From assembly GCA_963755125.1 (NCBI GenBank), contig CAVWIP010000007.1, positions 135,453 through 199,452 on the forward strand: 64,000 nt of DNA, read 5' to 3'. Positions 32,126-41,583 of the stretch are shown piece after piece; position 1 is the stretch's first letter; each line of letters opens with the position of its first letter. The stretch is from an uncultured delta proteobacterium. Its GTDB lineage: Bacteria; Myxococcota_A; Polyangia; Fen-1088. The notes beneath the pieces are model-generated. The model made no database searches and was not told the origin of the DNA. It saw nothing but the letters and a program-made list of their open reading frames with translations. The translations under genes and the position numbers were made by a program.

Positions 32126-34195
32126 ATGACTAGCGAATCATTGAACACCGTGTCCAGGTTGTTGGCCGGAGCTAGCTTGGTCTTCCTGATGTCCTCGATG
32201 GGCTGTAGCCAAGGATCGTCGGGCAAGACCACTGGCAGTTCTGCGGGCTCCACGGCGAGCCAGGGTGGCAGCGGCGGTGCGAGCAGCGTCGTGCCGCCGA
32301 CGGGCGGTGGCGGGGCGGGTGGGTCCGCGATCGCTAGCGGAAACGGTGGTTCGGCCGGGAACGGCGGTGTTATGACCAGCGCGTCCGGCACCGCCGGGGC
32401 CATGGCAGGCGTCACCGCTACCGGCGGCGGGGGAGGCGCGGTCAGCAGCAGTAGCATTGCGGGAGGTGCTGGCGCTGGCGGCAGCGGCGGCATTGCGGGA
32501 AGTCCCAGCTCTGGTGGTATCTCAGGGAGCACCGGTTCTGCGACCACGACCAGCACCGCTGTTGCTGGTGGAGCAGGAAACACGGGCAGCACTGTTCGCA
32601 CTGGCGGCACGACAGTAACGGGCGGCACCACGCCAGTTGGTGGCGCGACACCGACCGGCGGCACGACGCCAACCGGCGGAGCAGTGCCGACCGGCGGTAC
32701 GACGCCAACCGGTGGCACGACGCGCGCCGGCGGTGCCACGGCAACCGGCGGAGCCGCCGGCGGCACGACCGCAACTGGCGGCGCGACTTCGACCGGTGGC
32801 AGCACCGGAGCCAGCGGCGTACCGGTGCTGGTGAGCACCATCAACTTGAAGACCTCTGGCGGTTGTCCGGGATTGCGGCTCGGCGACATCAACGGCGATG
32901 GCAAAATTGAGATCGTCGTGGGCGAGCCCATGCCCCAACCGGGTGCCTACACTCCCCAGCAAGTGGTCTGCGTCACGGCGTATGACCTCAAGGGCAACCA
33001 GTTGTGGCAATACGGCACGCCAGGCACCAACCATACCGCCAGCTCGGACGTTCCGCTGCAGGTGTACGACCTCGACGGGGACGGCAAGTCCGAGGTCTTC
33101 GCCAACATGAGCACCACCGAGATGACCGTGCTCGACGGAACCACTGGGAAGTTGGTGCGCACGATTCCCCTGCCACAAGCGGGGGCCAACGACTCCATCG
33201 CCTTCGCGAACCTCAGAGGTAAGGCGTGGCCGCAGGACATCATCGTCAAGACGCGCTACTCACAATTCTGGGCGATCACCGGCATCGACGACGCTACCAG
33301 CAAGGCTGGCACCTTGCTGTGGCATCATCAGTTGCTTCCCAGTGACACGGGGCTCAACGAGCTTGGCACCGGGCACTATCCGCTGGTCTACGATTGGAAC
33401 GGTGATGGAAAGGATGAGGTCATGGGCGGCTACTTCTTCTTCTTGAGTGACGGCACGCAGGTATGGACCCTTAACACCACGTCGAACCCGCCACTTACCA
33501 TGCATGCAGACTCGATCGCCACAGGCGACATGGACGGCAATCCGGCCAACGGATACGAGATAGTCGTCAACGGGAACGTGGCGGCCGCGTTTGACTGGAA
33601 GACAGGCACACAGTTGTGGCAGGACACCCACACGACAGAAGCCCAGCAGCTAGGACTGGGCGCCTACCGTACGGACTTGCCGGGTCTCGAGGTGGTCATA
33701 CTTGACCGTTTGCGCACCGCTGCGGAAGGCTACAAATCCAACAACCTGCTCGTGGACCAAAACGACAACCTCCTGTGGAAGGAAGACCGGCCCAATAACT
33801 CCGGCTGGCTGACTGTGACGGAGAACATGAACAACTGGGACGGGAAAGGCAGCGACATGATCTTCTCCTACCGTCGCGACGGTGCGGCGGACGGCAGCGG
33901 CGGCACAGGAACCTACATCTACGATGGCTATGATAAGACCGTCGCCAGCTTCCCCTATACCGGCTCCGGTGTGCAGAGTTTCGCTGCCCACGCTGATCTC
34001 TGCGGCGACGCCAAAGAGGAAGTCATCATGTACGACGAGACGACCCTCTGGATCTACGCCAATGGTGGCTGTGACCTGAATGCACCGCCGAGTAAGCCCG
34101 GCCTGCCCCAGCAGTACCATCTGTACAACTGGAGCATCTACACCGGGTGGATCACTCCTGACGTCAAGTTCTACACCCCAGGGACGCCACAGTAA
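32126..34195 (+). CDS. Lipoprotein with Gly/Thr linker and FG-GAP beta-propeller (rhamnogalacturonan lyase YesW-like)
   Basis: Lipobox MGC, TGGTTP repeats, multiple DxxGDGxxE Ca-binding motifs, GHYPLVYDWNGDGKDE. Confidence 0.7.
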   Translation: MTSESLNTVSRLLAGASLVFLMSSMGCSQGSSGKTTGSSAGSTASQGGSGGASSVVPPTGGGGAGGSAIASGNGGSAGNGGVMTSASGTAGAMAGVTATGGGGGAVSSSSIAGGAGAGGSGGIAGSPSSGGISGSTGSATTTSTAVAGGAGNTGSTVRTGGTTVTGGTTPVGGATPTGGTTPTGGAVPTGGTTPTGGTTRAGGATATGGAAGGTTATGGATSTGGSTGASGVPVLVSTINLKTSGGCPGLRLGDINGDGKIEIVVGEPMPQPGAYTPQQVVCVTAYDLKGNQLWQYGTPGTNHTASSDVPLQVYDLDGDGKSEVFANMSTTEMTVLDGTTGKLVRTIPLPQAGANDSIAFANLRGKAWPQDIIVKTRYSQFWAITGIDDATSKAGTLLWHHQLLPSDTGLNELGTGHYPLVYDWNGDGKDEVMGGYFFFLSDGTQVWTLNTTSNPPLTMHADSIATGDMDGNPANGYEIVVNGNVAAAFDWKTGTQLWQDTHTTEAQQLGLGAYRTDLPGLEVVILDRLRTAAEGYKSNNLLVDQNDNLLWKEDRPNNSGWLTVTENMNNWDGKGSDMIFSYRRDGAADGSGGTGTYIYDGYDKTVASFPYTGSGVQSFAAHADLCGDAKEEVIMYDETTLWIYANGGCDLNAPPSKPGLPQQYHLYNWSIYTGWITPDVKFYTPGTPQ

Positions 34196-34221
34196 CTCGC
34201 GAAGGTCCGTGACTGGCTCAA

Positions 34222-34998
34222 TCAGCCGGACATGCCTTCGCGCACGGGCACGCCGCGGGCGCGTAGATAGTCGCGCGCCTGACCCACCGTGAATTCACCG
34301 AAGTGGAAGATCGAGGCGGCCAGCACCGCATCGGCGCCGCCGATGGCCACGCCCTCATAGAGATGTTCCAGCGTGCCCACGCCGCCCGATGCAATGACAG
34401 GGATGGGCACGCGGTCGGCCACGGCGCGGGTCAACTCCAGATCGAAGCCGTCGCGCGTGCCGTCGCGATCCATGCTGGTGAGCAGGATTTCCCCCGCGCC
34501 CAGCTCGGCCATGCGCGCGCACCAGGCAACCGCATCGATGTCGGTGGGCTTGCGGCCTCCGTGGGTGAAGACCTCCCAGTTGCCGGGACGGTCGGGCCGG
34601 TGCCGCGCGTCCACCGCGACCACGATGGCCTGGCTGCCAAAGGCGTCCGAGGCGCGGCGGACCAGTTCGGGATCGGCGACAGCGGCGGTGTTGATACCGG
34701 CCTTGTCAGCTCCGGCCAGCAGCAGCTTGCGCACATCCTCCACGCTGCGTACGCCACCGCCCACGGTGAGCGGCAGGAAGACCTGTTCGGCAGTGATGCG
34801 CACGACCTCCAGCATGGTGGCGCGGTTGTCCGACGAGGCGGTGATGTCGAGAAAGCAGATCTCGTCGGCGCCCTGCTGGTCATAGGCCGCCGCGACTTCC
34901 ACTGGATCGCCGGCGTCGCGCAGTTGCTTGAAGCGAATTCCCTTCTTCACGCGGCCCGCGTCCACGTCCAGGCAGGGAATGATCCGTCGCGCCAGCAT
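34222..34998 (-). CDS. hisF: Imidazole glycerol phosphate synthase cyclase subunit
   Basis: [32 protein letters not shown]. Confidence 0.97.
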   Translation of the reverse strand: MLARRIIPCLDVDAGRVKKGIRFKQLRDAGDPVEVAAAYDQQGADEICFLDITASSDNRATMLEVVRITAEQVFLPLTVGGGVRSVEDVRKLLLAGADKAGINTAAVADPELVRRASDAFGSQAIVVAVDARHRPDRPGNWEVFTHGGRKPTDIDAVAWCARMAELGAGEILLTSMDRDGTRDGFDLELTRAVADRVPIPVIASGGVGTLEHLYEGVAIGGADAVLAASIFHFGEFTVGQARDYLRARGVPVREGMSG

Positions 34999-35729
34999 CA
35001 GAGTTTTCCCTGGGCCGCGCGCGCCAGCGCCTCTGCCACGGTGAACACGCCTTCATAGATGGCCTTGCCGATCACGACCGCCTGGGCGCCGGTGGTCTTC
35101 ACCTGATCGATGTCCTCCAGGCGCGCCACGCCGCCCGAGGCGATCACTGGACAAGGAGCGATCTTGGCCGCAAGTCGCGCTGTGGCCTGCAGATTGGGGC
35201 CGCTGCGCATGCCGTCCCGGCCGATGTCGGTGTAGAGCACGGCTGCTGCGCCTGCTTCGGCCACGGCCACGCCGACATCCAGCGCGTCGCTCCTAGTGTC
35301 CTCGGTCCAGCCCTCGACTGCAACCTTGCCCTCGCGTGCGTCCACCGCGACCACGATGCGCTTGGAAAAACGGCGGCAAGCCTCGGCCACGAGTTCAGGC
35401 GTCTTGATGGCCGCGGTGCCCATGACCGCGAAGCGCGCGCCCAACGCGAACAGCCGCTCGCAGGCCTGCACCGTGCGCACGCCGCCGCCGACTTCCACGT
35501 CCATGGTCGTGGCGGCCAGGATGGCTTTGATGGTTTCGTGGTTGTTGTGCGTGCCCCCAGTGAAAGCCGCATCCAGATCCACCACGTGCAGGCGGGGTGC
35601 GCCGGCCGCGGCAAAGGCGCGCGCCAGTTCGGGCGGATTGCTGGAGTAGACCTTGGCGCTGTCGCGGCGGCCCTGCTGCAGGCGTACCGCCTGGCCATTC
35701 ATCAGATCGATTGCGGGAAATACCAACAT
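34998..35729 (-). CDS. hisA: ProFAR isomerase
   Basis: PAIDL..G.AVRL.QG, HVVDLD, VGGGVR, TDIGRDG. Confidence 0.96.
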   Translation of the reverse strand: MLVFPAIDLMNGQAVRLQQGRRDSAKVYSSNPPELARAFAAAGAPRLHVVDLDAAFTGGTHNNHETIKAILAATTMDVEVGGGVRTVQACERLFALGARFAVMGTAAIKTPELVAEACRRFSKRIVVAVDAREGKVAVEGWTEDTRSDALDVGVAVAEAGAAAVLYTDIGRDGMRSGPNLQATARLAAKIAPCPVIASGGVARLEDIDQVKTTGAQAVVIGKAIYEGVFTVAEALARAAQGKL

Positions 35730-35740
35730 ACTGGGACTTT

Positions 35741-36373
35741 CTACAAGGCAACGAAGCGGCTGAGCAGAGCCAAGCCGGCGCGCTGGCTCTTTTCCGGGTG
35801 GAACTGGCAGGCGAAAAGGTTGTCGCGCGCCACGGCTGCGCAAAATCTCACGCCATGTTCGGCAGTCAGAGCGATGTCGGCGTCGTTGGCTGGCACCGGG
35901 AAATAGCTGTGCACGAAGTAGAAGTAGGTGCCGTCGGGCGTGTCGCGCAACACGGCCACGCGGCCGGCAGCGGCGTCATGGCGGCAGGCGTTCCAGCCCA
36001 TGTGGGGCACCTTGAGCGGCGGCGCGATGGAGAAGCGGACGACCCGGCCAGGAAAAAGCCCCAGGCCCCTGCAGGATGGATCTTCGTCGCTGCCCTCGAA
36101 AAGCATCTGCATGCCGATGCAGATGCCGAGAAAGGGCGTGCCTTTGCCGATGGCTTGCACGACGGCCGCGCGCAAGGCACCGCCCCCGCGGTCCAGCCCG
36201 GCCACGCAGCCGCCAAAGGCGCCCTGGCCGGGCACAACGATCTTGTCGGCACGCGCCACCTGATCGGCGTCGCTGGTGATGAAGGCGTCGGCGCTCACGC
36301 TCTCCAGCGCCTTTTCCACGCTGCGCAGGTTGCCGCTGCCACTGTCGACGATGGCGATGCGGGGCTTGCCCAT
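35741..36373 (-). CDS. hisH: Imidazole glycerol phosphate synthase glutaminase subunit
   Basis: GN..SV, PGQGAF, GICIGMQ, PHMGWN, FVHSY, QFHPEKS. Confidence 0.96.
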   Translation of the reverse strand: MGKPRIAIVDSGSGNLRSVEKALESVSADAFITSDADQVARADKIVVPGQGAFGGCVAGLDRGGGALRAAVVQAIGKGTPFLGICIGMQMLFEGSDEDPSCRGLGLFPGRVVRFSIAPPLKVPHMGWNACRHDAAAGRVAVLRDTPDGTYFYFVHSYFPVPANDADIALTAEHGVRFCAAVARDNLFACQFHPEKSQRAGLALLSRFVAL

Positions 36374-36399
36374 TGATAACTTCCGGCCTTCAGCCAGGG

Positions 36400-36993
36400 C
36401 TAGGCGGTCAGCGTTCCCTTGGTCGACGGCACGTCGCGCTCGCGCGGATCCAATTGCACGGCCGCACGTACCGCGCGCGCAAAGGCTTTCCACAGCGCCT
36501 CCATCGCGTGATGCGTGTTCTCGCCGTACACGGTTTCCAGGTGCAGGTTGCACAGCGCCGTGGACACGAAACCGGCAAAGAACTCGCGAGCCAGCTCGGC
36601 ATCGAAGTCGCCGATGCGACGGCCCTTGAGATGGTCGGCACGATAAACCAGGCAGCCGCGGCCACCGAAGTCCACGGCCGCGCGGGCCAGTGCCTCGTCC
36701 ATCGGGATGGCTGCGTCGCCGAAGCGCGCGATGCCGCGCTTGTTGCCCAGGGCCTCGCGAAAAGCCTGGCCCAGGCAGATCCCCACGTCTTCCACGGTGT
36801 GGTGCCCGTCGACCTCGACGTCGCCGCGTGCGTCGATCTCGATGTCGACCAAGCTGTGTCGGCCGAACGAATCCAGCATGTGGTTGAAAAATGGCAGCGG
36901 GGTCGCGATCTTGCGCTGCCCGGAGCCGTCCAGGTTCAACACCACGCGGATCTGGGTTTCCTTCGTGTTTCGTTCAACAGTGGCCTGGCGCAT
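36400..36993 (-). CDS. hisB: Imidazoleglycerol-phosphate dehydratase
   Basis: R.TKET, FF.HML, DxHHTVED, PMDE, N.HH..EA, PSTKG. Confidence 0.97.
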   Translation of the reverse strand: MRQATVERNTKETQIRVVLNLDGSGQRKIATPLPFFNHMLDSFGRHSLVDIEIDARGDVEVDGHHTVEDVGICLGQAFREALGNKRGIARFGDAAIPMDEALARAAVDFGGRGCLVYRADHLKGRRIGDFDAELAREFFAGFVSTALCNLHLETVYGENTHHAMEALWKAFARAVRAAVQLDPRERDVPSTKGTLTA

Positions 36994-37115
36994 GTGTCCC
37001 AACTATGGATGCCGCGGGTTGTCCCGTCAAACCCGTGCATGGCAGGCGCTGGGCTGGAGGTGCGTCGAACCATGAATATGGTGGCCGCGGCACGCCAGAG
37101 GTAATCTTCGATGAC

Positions 37116-37943
37116 ATGAGCCGGGTTTCGACAGCGTCGTCCCCGACGGTTGGGGTGCTGGCGTGTCTGCTGCCGCTGGCTGCAGCCATGCTTGGCTGCC
37201 GTGTGTACGCCGTCGGCCTGGCTCCTGACGGCACGGCGGACTCGGTTGCCATCGGTTCTTCGGATTCCGGAGGCGTCGGTGAAGCCACGGCCATCGACGC
37301 GCTGGACGCGCCGGCAATCGATCTGGCTGCCTACGGGGGCGATAGCGGAGAACCTGGGGATCTGGCGCCCGCGATCGTCGTCGGATGTTCGGACGGCACA
37401 CGCGAGGGGTTTCGCGACATGGTGAACTGGCCGGACATTGCCGGATGCGCAGGAGGCTGGCAGTGGCCCGGGTTGATCGACCCATCCACGCGCATACCCC
37501 ACTGCCTCCGCGTGGCAGGCAACGACAGCCGCAACCCAGCGGGACTTGGCTGCTCCGTAACAGACCTGTGCGCCGCCACCTGGCACGGCTGTCTTGACGG
37601 CCCGGACGTGGCGAGCCATTCGCCTACTGGCGGCTGCGAAAGCGCGGTCTCGCCCGGCGACGACGCACTCTTCGTGGTCATGGCGGGCGCCTCGCCCGAG
37701 GGTGTGTGCTACCCCGATCCGTCGGCCACGAACGATATTCACGGCTGTGGGTCCATCGGGGAGCCGGAGTCGGATGGATGTCCTCCCCTCGATCGCCGCA
37801 TGAATTTTGCCGACTGCGCAGCCACGGGCGTGTGGTTGTGTGGGACTTCGGATCACAGCCTGCTCGAGGCCGATGTGGTGACCAAGTCCGGGCCCACTCT
37901 GGGCGGCGTGCTTTGTTGCAAGGATCCTCCCCCGCACGACTAG
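37116..37943 (+). CDS. Cys-rich hypothetical lipoprotein
   Basis: Lipobox-like LGC, GCSDGTREGF, C-terminal GGVLCC. Confidence 0.6.
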   Translation: MSRVSTASSPTVGVLACLLPLAAAMLGCRVYAVGLAPDGTADSVAIGSSDSGGVGEATAIDALDAPAIDLAAYGGDSGEPGDLAPAIVVGCSDGTREGFRDMVNWPDIAGCAGGWQWPGLIDPSTRIPHCLRVAGNDSRNPAGLGCSVTDLCAATWHGCLDGPDVASHSPTGGCESAVSPGDDALFVVMAGASPEGVCYPDPSATNDIHGCGSIGEPESDGCPPLDRRMNFADCAATGVWLCGTSDHSLLEADVVTKSGPTLGGVLCCKDPPPHD

Positions 37944-37966
37944 TGGGTGAAGGCGGGGCGCGGCCG

Positions 37967-38752
37967 ATGGCGTTCGACACACTTGCCGCGAGAAACCGAG
38001 GTGCGGGACGGTGGCGTGCGGCGCTGGTGGTGTCGTTGTCTTTGCACGGTGCTGTCCTGGTCTACGCGGCGACGGTTTCGCGGGCCCGGCACGCCGAGCC
38101 CACAGCCGCGCCACTGGTGGTCACGATCCTGCCAGAGGAGGCAGCGCCCTTGCCATTGCCTGCGCCCGCATCCGTGCTTGCACCGGTGGCGGCCGAGCCT
38201 GGGCGTTCCGGCGCGCCGCCAGGAAGGCCGCGATCTGATCGCGCGGCCATTCGGCCGGCACCTCGACCGTTGGCACCTCCATCGGCAGAAGAATCGCTGG
38301 CGCTCGCAACCGCACCTGCCGCCGTGCAGGTCGACAGTTTGCAGGGCGATCTGGCTGTCCCGGCGGCAAGTGCGCTGGCCGGCAGCGGCGCGGGTCTGGC
38401 TGGGACCGTGGCACCTGCCGCGCAGGGGTCCGAGGCAAGTGCTGCGCCCAGAATCCTGGCGCCCGCGGAAGGCAACGGTCAGCTCGCCATTGACCCGAAC
38501 GAGGCGCGCTATCAACCAGTCATTCCTCCGCCCTTGCGCAAGCCGGGCGCCAGGTTCGCGCTCCTGGTCAAGTTGTGCGTGACAAAGGACGGCTCGGTGG
38601 GCGAGGTGACCGTGATGCGTTCCTCGGATCCGGCGGTCGACCTAGCGATAGTCGAGAAGATTCGGCTGTTCAAGTTCAGGCCCTATCTCGACCACGGCCG
38701 GCCCATCCCCTTCTGCTTCTTCCGCGAGTATCGACTGTCGGTCGAAGAGTAG
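37967..38752 (+). CDS. TonB-family energy transducer
   Basis: TM with SLxLH, Pro/Ala-rich spacer, TonB C-terminal fold (V..DG.V..V.V.RSS, FRP...G.P). Confidence 0.75.
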   Translation: MAFDTLAARNRGAGRWRAALVVSLSLHGAVLVYAATVSRARHAEPTAAPLVVTILPEEAAPLPLPAPASVLAPVAAEPGRSGAPPGRPRSDRAAIRPAPRPLAPPSAEESLALATAPAAVQVDSLQGDLAVPAASALAGSGAGLAGTVAPAAQGSEASAAPRILAPAEGNGQLAIDPNEARYQPVIPPPLRKPGARFALLVKLCVTKDGSVGEVTVMRSSDPAVDLAIVEKIRLFKFRPYLDHGRPIPFCFFREYRLSVEE

Positions 38753-38987
38753 TCGCGTGGGGAGCCGGCCGGCTTTGCCGGCAGCGTACCATCGCGGGAG
38801 GGTATGGGGACCCTTTCAGGGTTCCCATGACAATGCCTCACCGCAATGCCGGACATTGACCGGAGGACAGGACAGTCAGCCGGCCGAGATTCGCACGGGT
38901 GCATGTCCGATCTGCGGGGCGTAAAGCGCAAGTAGCTGGAAAGCCTGCCCTGCCCAGGTGGCACCGTTTTCGCTTTGGGCAAGCGGC

Positions 38988-40493
38988 GTGCTCGCTCGCG
39001 TACTTTCCGCAACCGTCATCGGCATCCAAGCCGCGCCCATCAATGTCGAGGTGGACGTGTCGCAAGGCCTGCCCGGTTGCAACATCGTGGGCTTGCCCGA
39101 CGCGGGTGTGAAGGAAGGCAGCGTGCGCATCCGCGGCGCACTGGAAAACAGTGGGTTCAAATTCCCTCTGCGCCGGATCACGGTCAACCTGGCGCCTGCC
39201 GATCTACGCAAGGACGGTGCCGCCTTCGATGTGCCCATCGCCATGGGCATCCTTTCGGGCGCAGGATTCCTGCCGCCCGAGAGTTTCGACAATGCGCTGT
39301 TCGTCGGGGAGCTGGCCCTCGACGGCAGCGTGCGACCGGTCAAGGGCGTGTTGCCCATGGCGGCCTACGCTCGCGCACGCGCCGTGCGGCGGCTGTTCGT
39401 GCCCCGGGACAATGCGGGCGAGGCCGCCGTGGTGGGCGGCTGCGACGTCGTGCCCGTGGGCCACCTCAACGATCTGCTGGAGGTTCTGCACGGGCAGCGA
39501 GCGGCGACCATTGCGGCGCTGCCGCCTCGGCTCGCATCTGCGGCCACCGCCAACCTCGCCGAGGTGCGCGGGCAGGAAGTCGCCCGTCGCGCCCTGGAGA
39601 TCGCGGCGGCCGGCGGGCACAACCTGCTCTTCATCGGCCCGCCGGGATCAGGCAAGACCATGCTCGCCCGCCGCTTGCCCGGAATCCTGCCCACCCTGTC
39701 GTTCGACGAGTCGCTGGAAACCACGATGATCTACTCGGTTGCGGGATTGCTGGGCGGCCGATCCATGCTGACCGAGCGGCCCTTCCGCGCGCCCCACCAC
39801 ACGGTCAGCGTGGCCGGCTTGGTGGGCGGCGGGCCCATGGTTCGGCCGGGAGAGATTTCACTGGCCCACAACGGGGTGTTGTTTCTCGACGAGCTGCTGG
39901 AATTCGGCCGCCACGCCCTGGAGGCCATGCGCCAGCCGCTGGAGGAACGCGAGATCGCCGTGGTGCGCGCCCGCCGCACCGTCACCTTTCCCGCTGACTT
40001 CATGCTGGTCTCGGCGCTGAATCCTTGTCCTTGCGGCCATTACGGCAATCCGCTGCGCACCTGCACCTGCTCGCAGTTAGCCATCAACAGCTACCGGGCG
40101 AAGCTGTCCGGGCCGCTGTTGGACCGCATCGACATGCACGTCGAGGTGCCGGCCATCTCGTATCGCGAACTGGCCGGGAGCGAAGCCGGCGAAAACAGCG
40201 AAACGGTACGCGAGCGGGTGGAGCGGGCGCGGGCACGCCAGATCGAGCGCGGCATCCGTTGCAATGCCCGGCTGTCGCCGAAGGAATTGCAGAGCGCGGC
40301 CCGACTGGACAGCGACGGCCACCGCATCATGGAGCGCGCAGTGGAGCGATTGGCGCTTTCGGCGAGAGCGATTGAGCGAGTGAGGAAGTTGGCGAGAACG
40401 ATTGCTGACCTGGAAGGAAGCGAGGCCGTGCGCGGGCCGCATATCGCCGAGGCATTGCAATATAGATTTCTGGATCGCGAGGTGACGTCGTGA
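38988..40493 (+). CDS. comM: ComM/YifB Mg-chelatase-like AAA+ ATPase (intact)
   Basis: VGLPD, TVNLAPA, GPPGSGKT, RAPHH, GEISLAHNGVLFLDE, NPCPCG, SGPLLDRID. Confidence 0.95.
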   Translation: MLARVLSATVIGIQAAPINVEVDVSQGLPGCNIVGLPDAGVKEGSVRIRGALENSGFKFPLRRITVNLAPADLRKDGAAFDVPIAMGILSGAGFLPPESFDNALFVGELALDGSVRPVKGVLPMAAYARARAVRRLFVPRDNAGEAAVVGGCDVVPVGHLNDLLEVLHGQRAATIAALPPRLASAATANLAEVRGQEVARRALEIAAAGGHNLLFIGPPGSGKTMLARRLPGILPTLSFDESLETTMIYSVAGLLGGRSMLTERPFRAPHHTVSVAGLVGGGPMVRPGEISLAHNGVLFLDELLEFGRHALEAMRQPLEEREIAVVRARRTVTFPADFMLVSALNPCPCGHYGNPLRTCTCSQLAINSYRAKLSGPLLDRIDMHVEVPAISYRELAGSEAGENSETVRERVERARARQIERGIRCNARLSPKELQSAARLDSDGHRIMERAVERLALSARAIERVRKLARTIADLEGSEAVRGPHIAEALQYRFLDREVTS

Positions 40494-40966
40494 TGGAAGA
40501 ATGCTGTTTCACCAAAGAGGGCATAGAGGACGTTGAGGGCGGCGGGAAGGGGTTGAATGAGATCTCGGGGTCGATCATCGACGCCGCGATCGAGGTGCAC
40601 AGGTCTCTCGGGCCGGGTTTGCTGGAAGGGGCGTACGAGGCGTGCCTCGGGTACGAGCTGATCGCGCGCGGGCACGCCATTGAGATGCAGAAGTTGTTGC
40701 CCATCGTCTACCAGGGCGTGTCCATCGACTGCGCGTATAGCTTGGACCTGGTGGTGGATAAGCAAGTCATCGTGGAGATCAAGGCGGTCGATCACCTGCT
40801 GCCGGTTCACCAGTCCCGGATCCTCTCGTGCCTGCGGCTGTCCGGACTTCCCCTTGGCCTGCTCATCAATTTTAACGGCGCAACCCTGAGACAGGGTGTG
40901 CGCCGCTTCCGCCGTCCTCAATCCCTCTCTGTGTCCTCCGTGCTCTCTGTGGTGAAGAACAGCTAA
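40490..40966 (+). CDS. GxxExxY protein (PD-(D/E)xK nuclease-like)
   Basis: LGPGLLEGAYE, DLVV..VIVEIKAV, GLLINF. Confidence 0.93.
   Translation: MMEECCFTKEGIEDVEGGGKGLNEISGSIIDAAIEVHRSLGPGLLEGAYEACLGYELIARGHAIEMQKLLPIVYQGVSIDCAYSLDLVVDKQVIVEIKAVDHLLPVHQSRILSCLRLSGLPLGLLINFNGATLRQGVRRFRRPQSLSVSSVLSVVKNS
40508..40956. repeat. 24-bp inverted repeat pair bracketing the GxxExxY core
   Basis: 40508-40531 TTCACCAAAGAGGGCATAGAGGAC vs reverse complement of 40933-40956 TTCACCACAGAGAGCACGGAGGAC, 20/24 identical. Confidence 0.75.
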
Positions 40967-40984
40967 CCCCAAAGGAGATGACCC

Positions 40985-41583
40985 ATGGCTACCATCAAGG
41001 AACAACTGAAAGAGAAACTCAAGGCAGTGACCGCGGCGCTGACCGCGATAGAGAAGCAATTTGGCAAGGGTGCCATCATGTCCCTCGGGGGCACCGACAC
41101 CAGCGACATCCCGGTCATTCCCACGGGATCGGTCGGGCTCGACCTGGCCCTGGGCGTGGGCGGGCTGCCGCGTGGCCGGGTGGTGGAGATTTTTGGCCCC
41201 GAGTCGTCGGGCAAGACCACGCTGACCCTGCACGCCATCGCGCAGGCGCAGAAAGCGGGCGGCATCTGCGCCTTCATCGACGCCGAGCACGCGCTGGACG
41301 TGACCTATGCGCGCAAGCTGGGCGTGCGCATCGAGGATCTGCTGGTGTCCCAGCCCGACAACGGCGAGCAGGCGCTGGAAATAGCCGACAAGCTGGTGGG
41401 CACCGGCGCCATCGACATGATCGTCGTCGATTCGGTAGCGGCCCTGGTGCCCAAGGCCGAGATCGAAGGCGAAATGGGCGACGCGCACATGGGCCTGCAA
41501 GCACGCCTGATGAGCCAGGCCTTGCGCAAGCTGACTGCAGCGACGTCCCGCAATGCGACCTGCGTGGTCTTCATCAACCAGAT
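40985..41583 (+). pseudogene. recA: recA 5' portion (199 codons), interrupted by an integrative element
   Basis: [38 protein letters not shown], then VFINQ followed by unrelated sequence instead of the usual IRxKIGVMFG. Confidence 0.95.

Noticed and set aside
32590..32815. 18-bp tandem repeats
   Set aside because: Encode a TGGTTP low-complexity linker typical of these lipoproteins
38988..40493. comM as the integration target
   Set aside because: comM is full length with all motifs; the break is in recA
40952..40959. GTGAAGAA upstream of recA matching the element's motif
   Set aside because: No TAATA half 15-16 nt downstream and it overlaps the GxxExxY inverted repeat; likely coincidental
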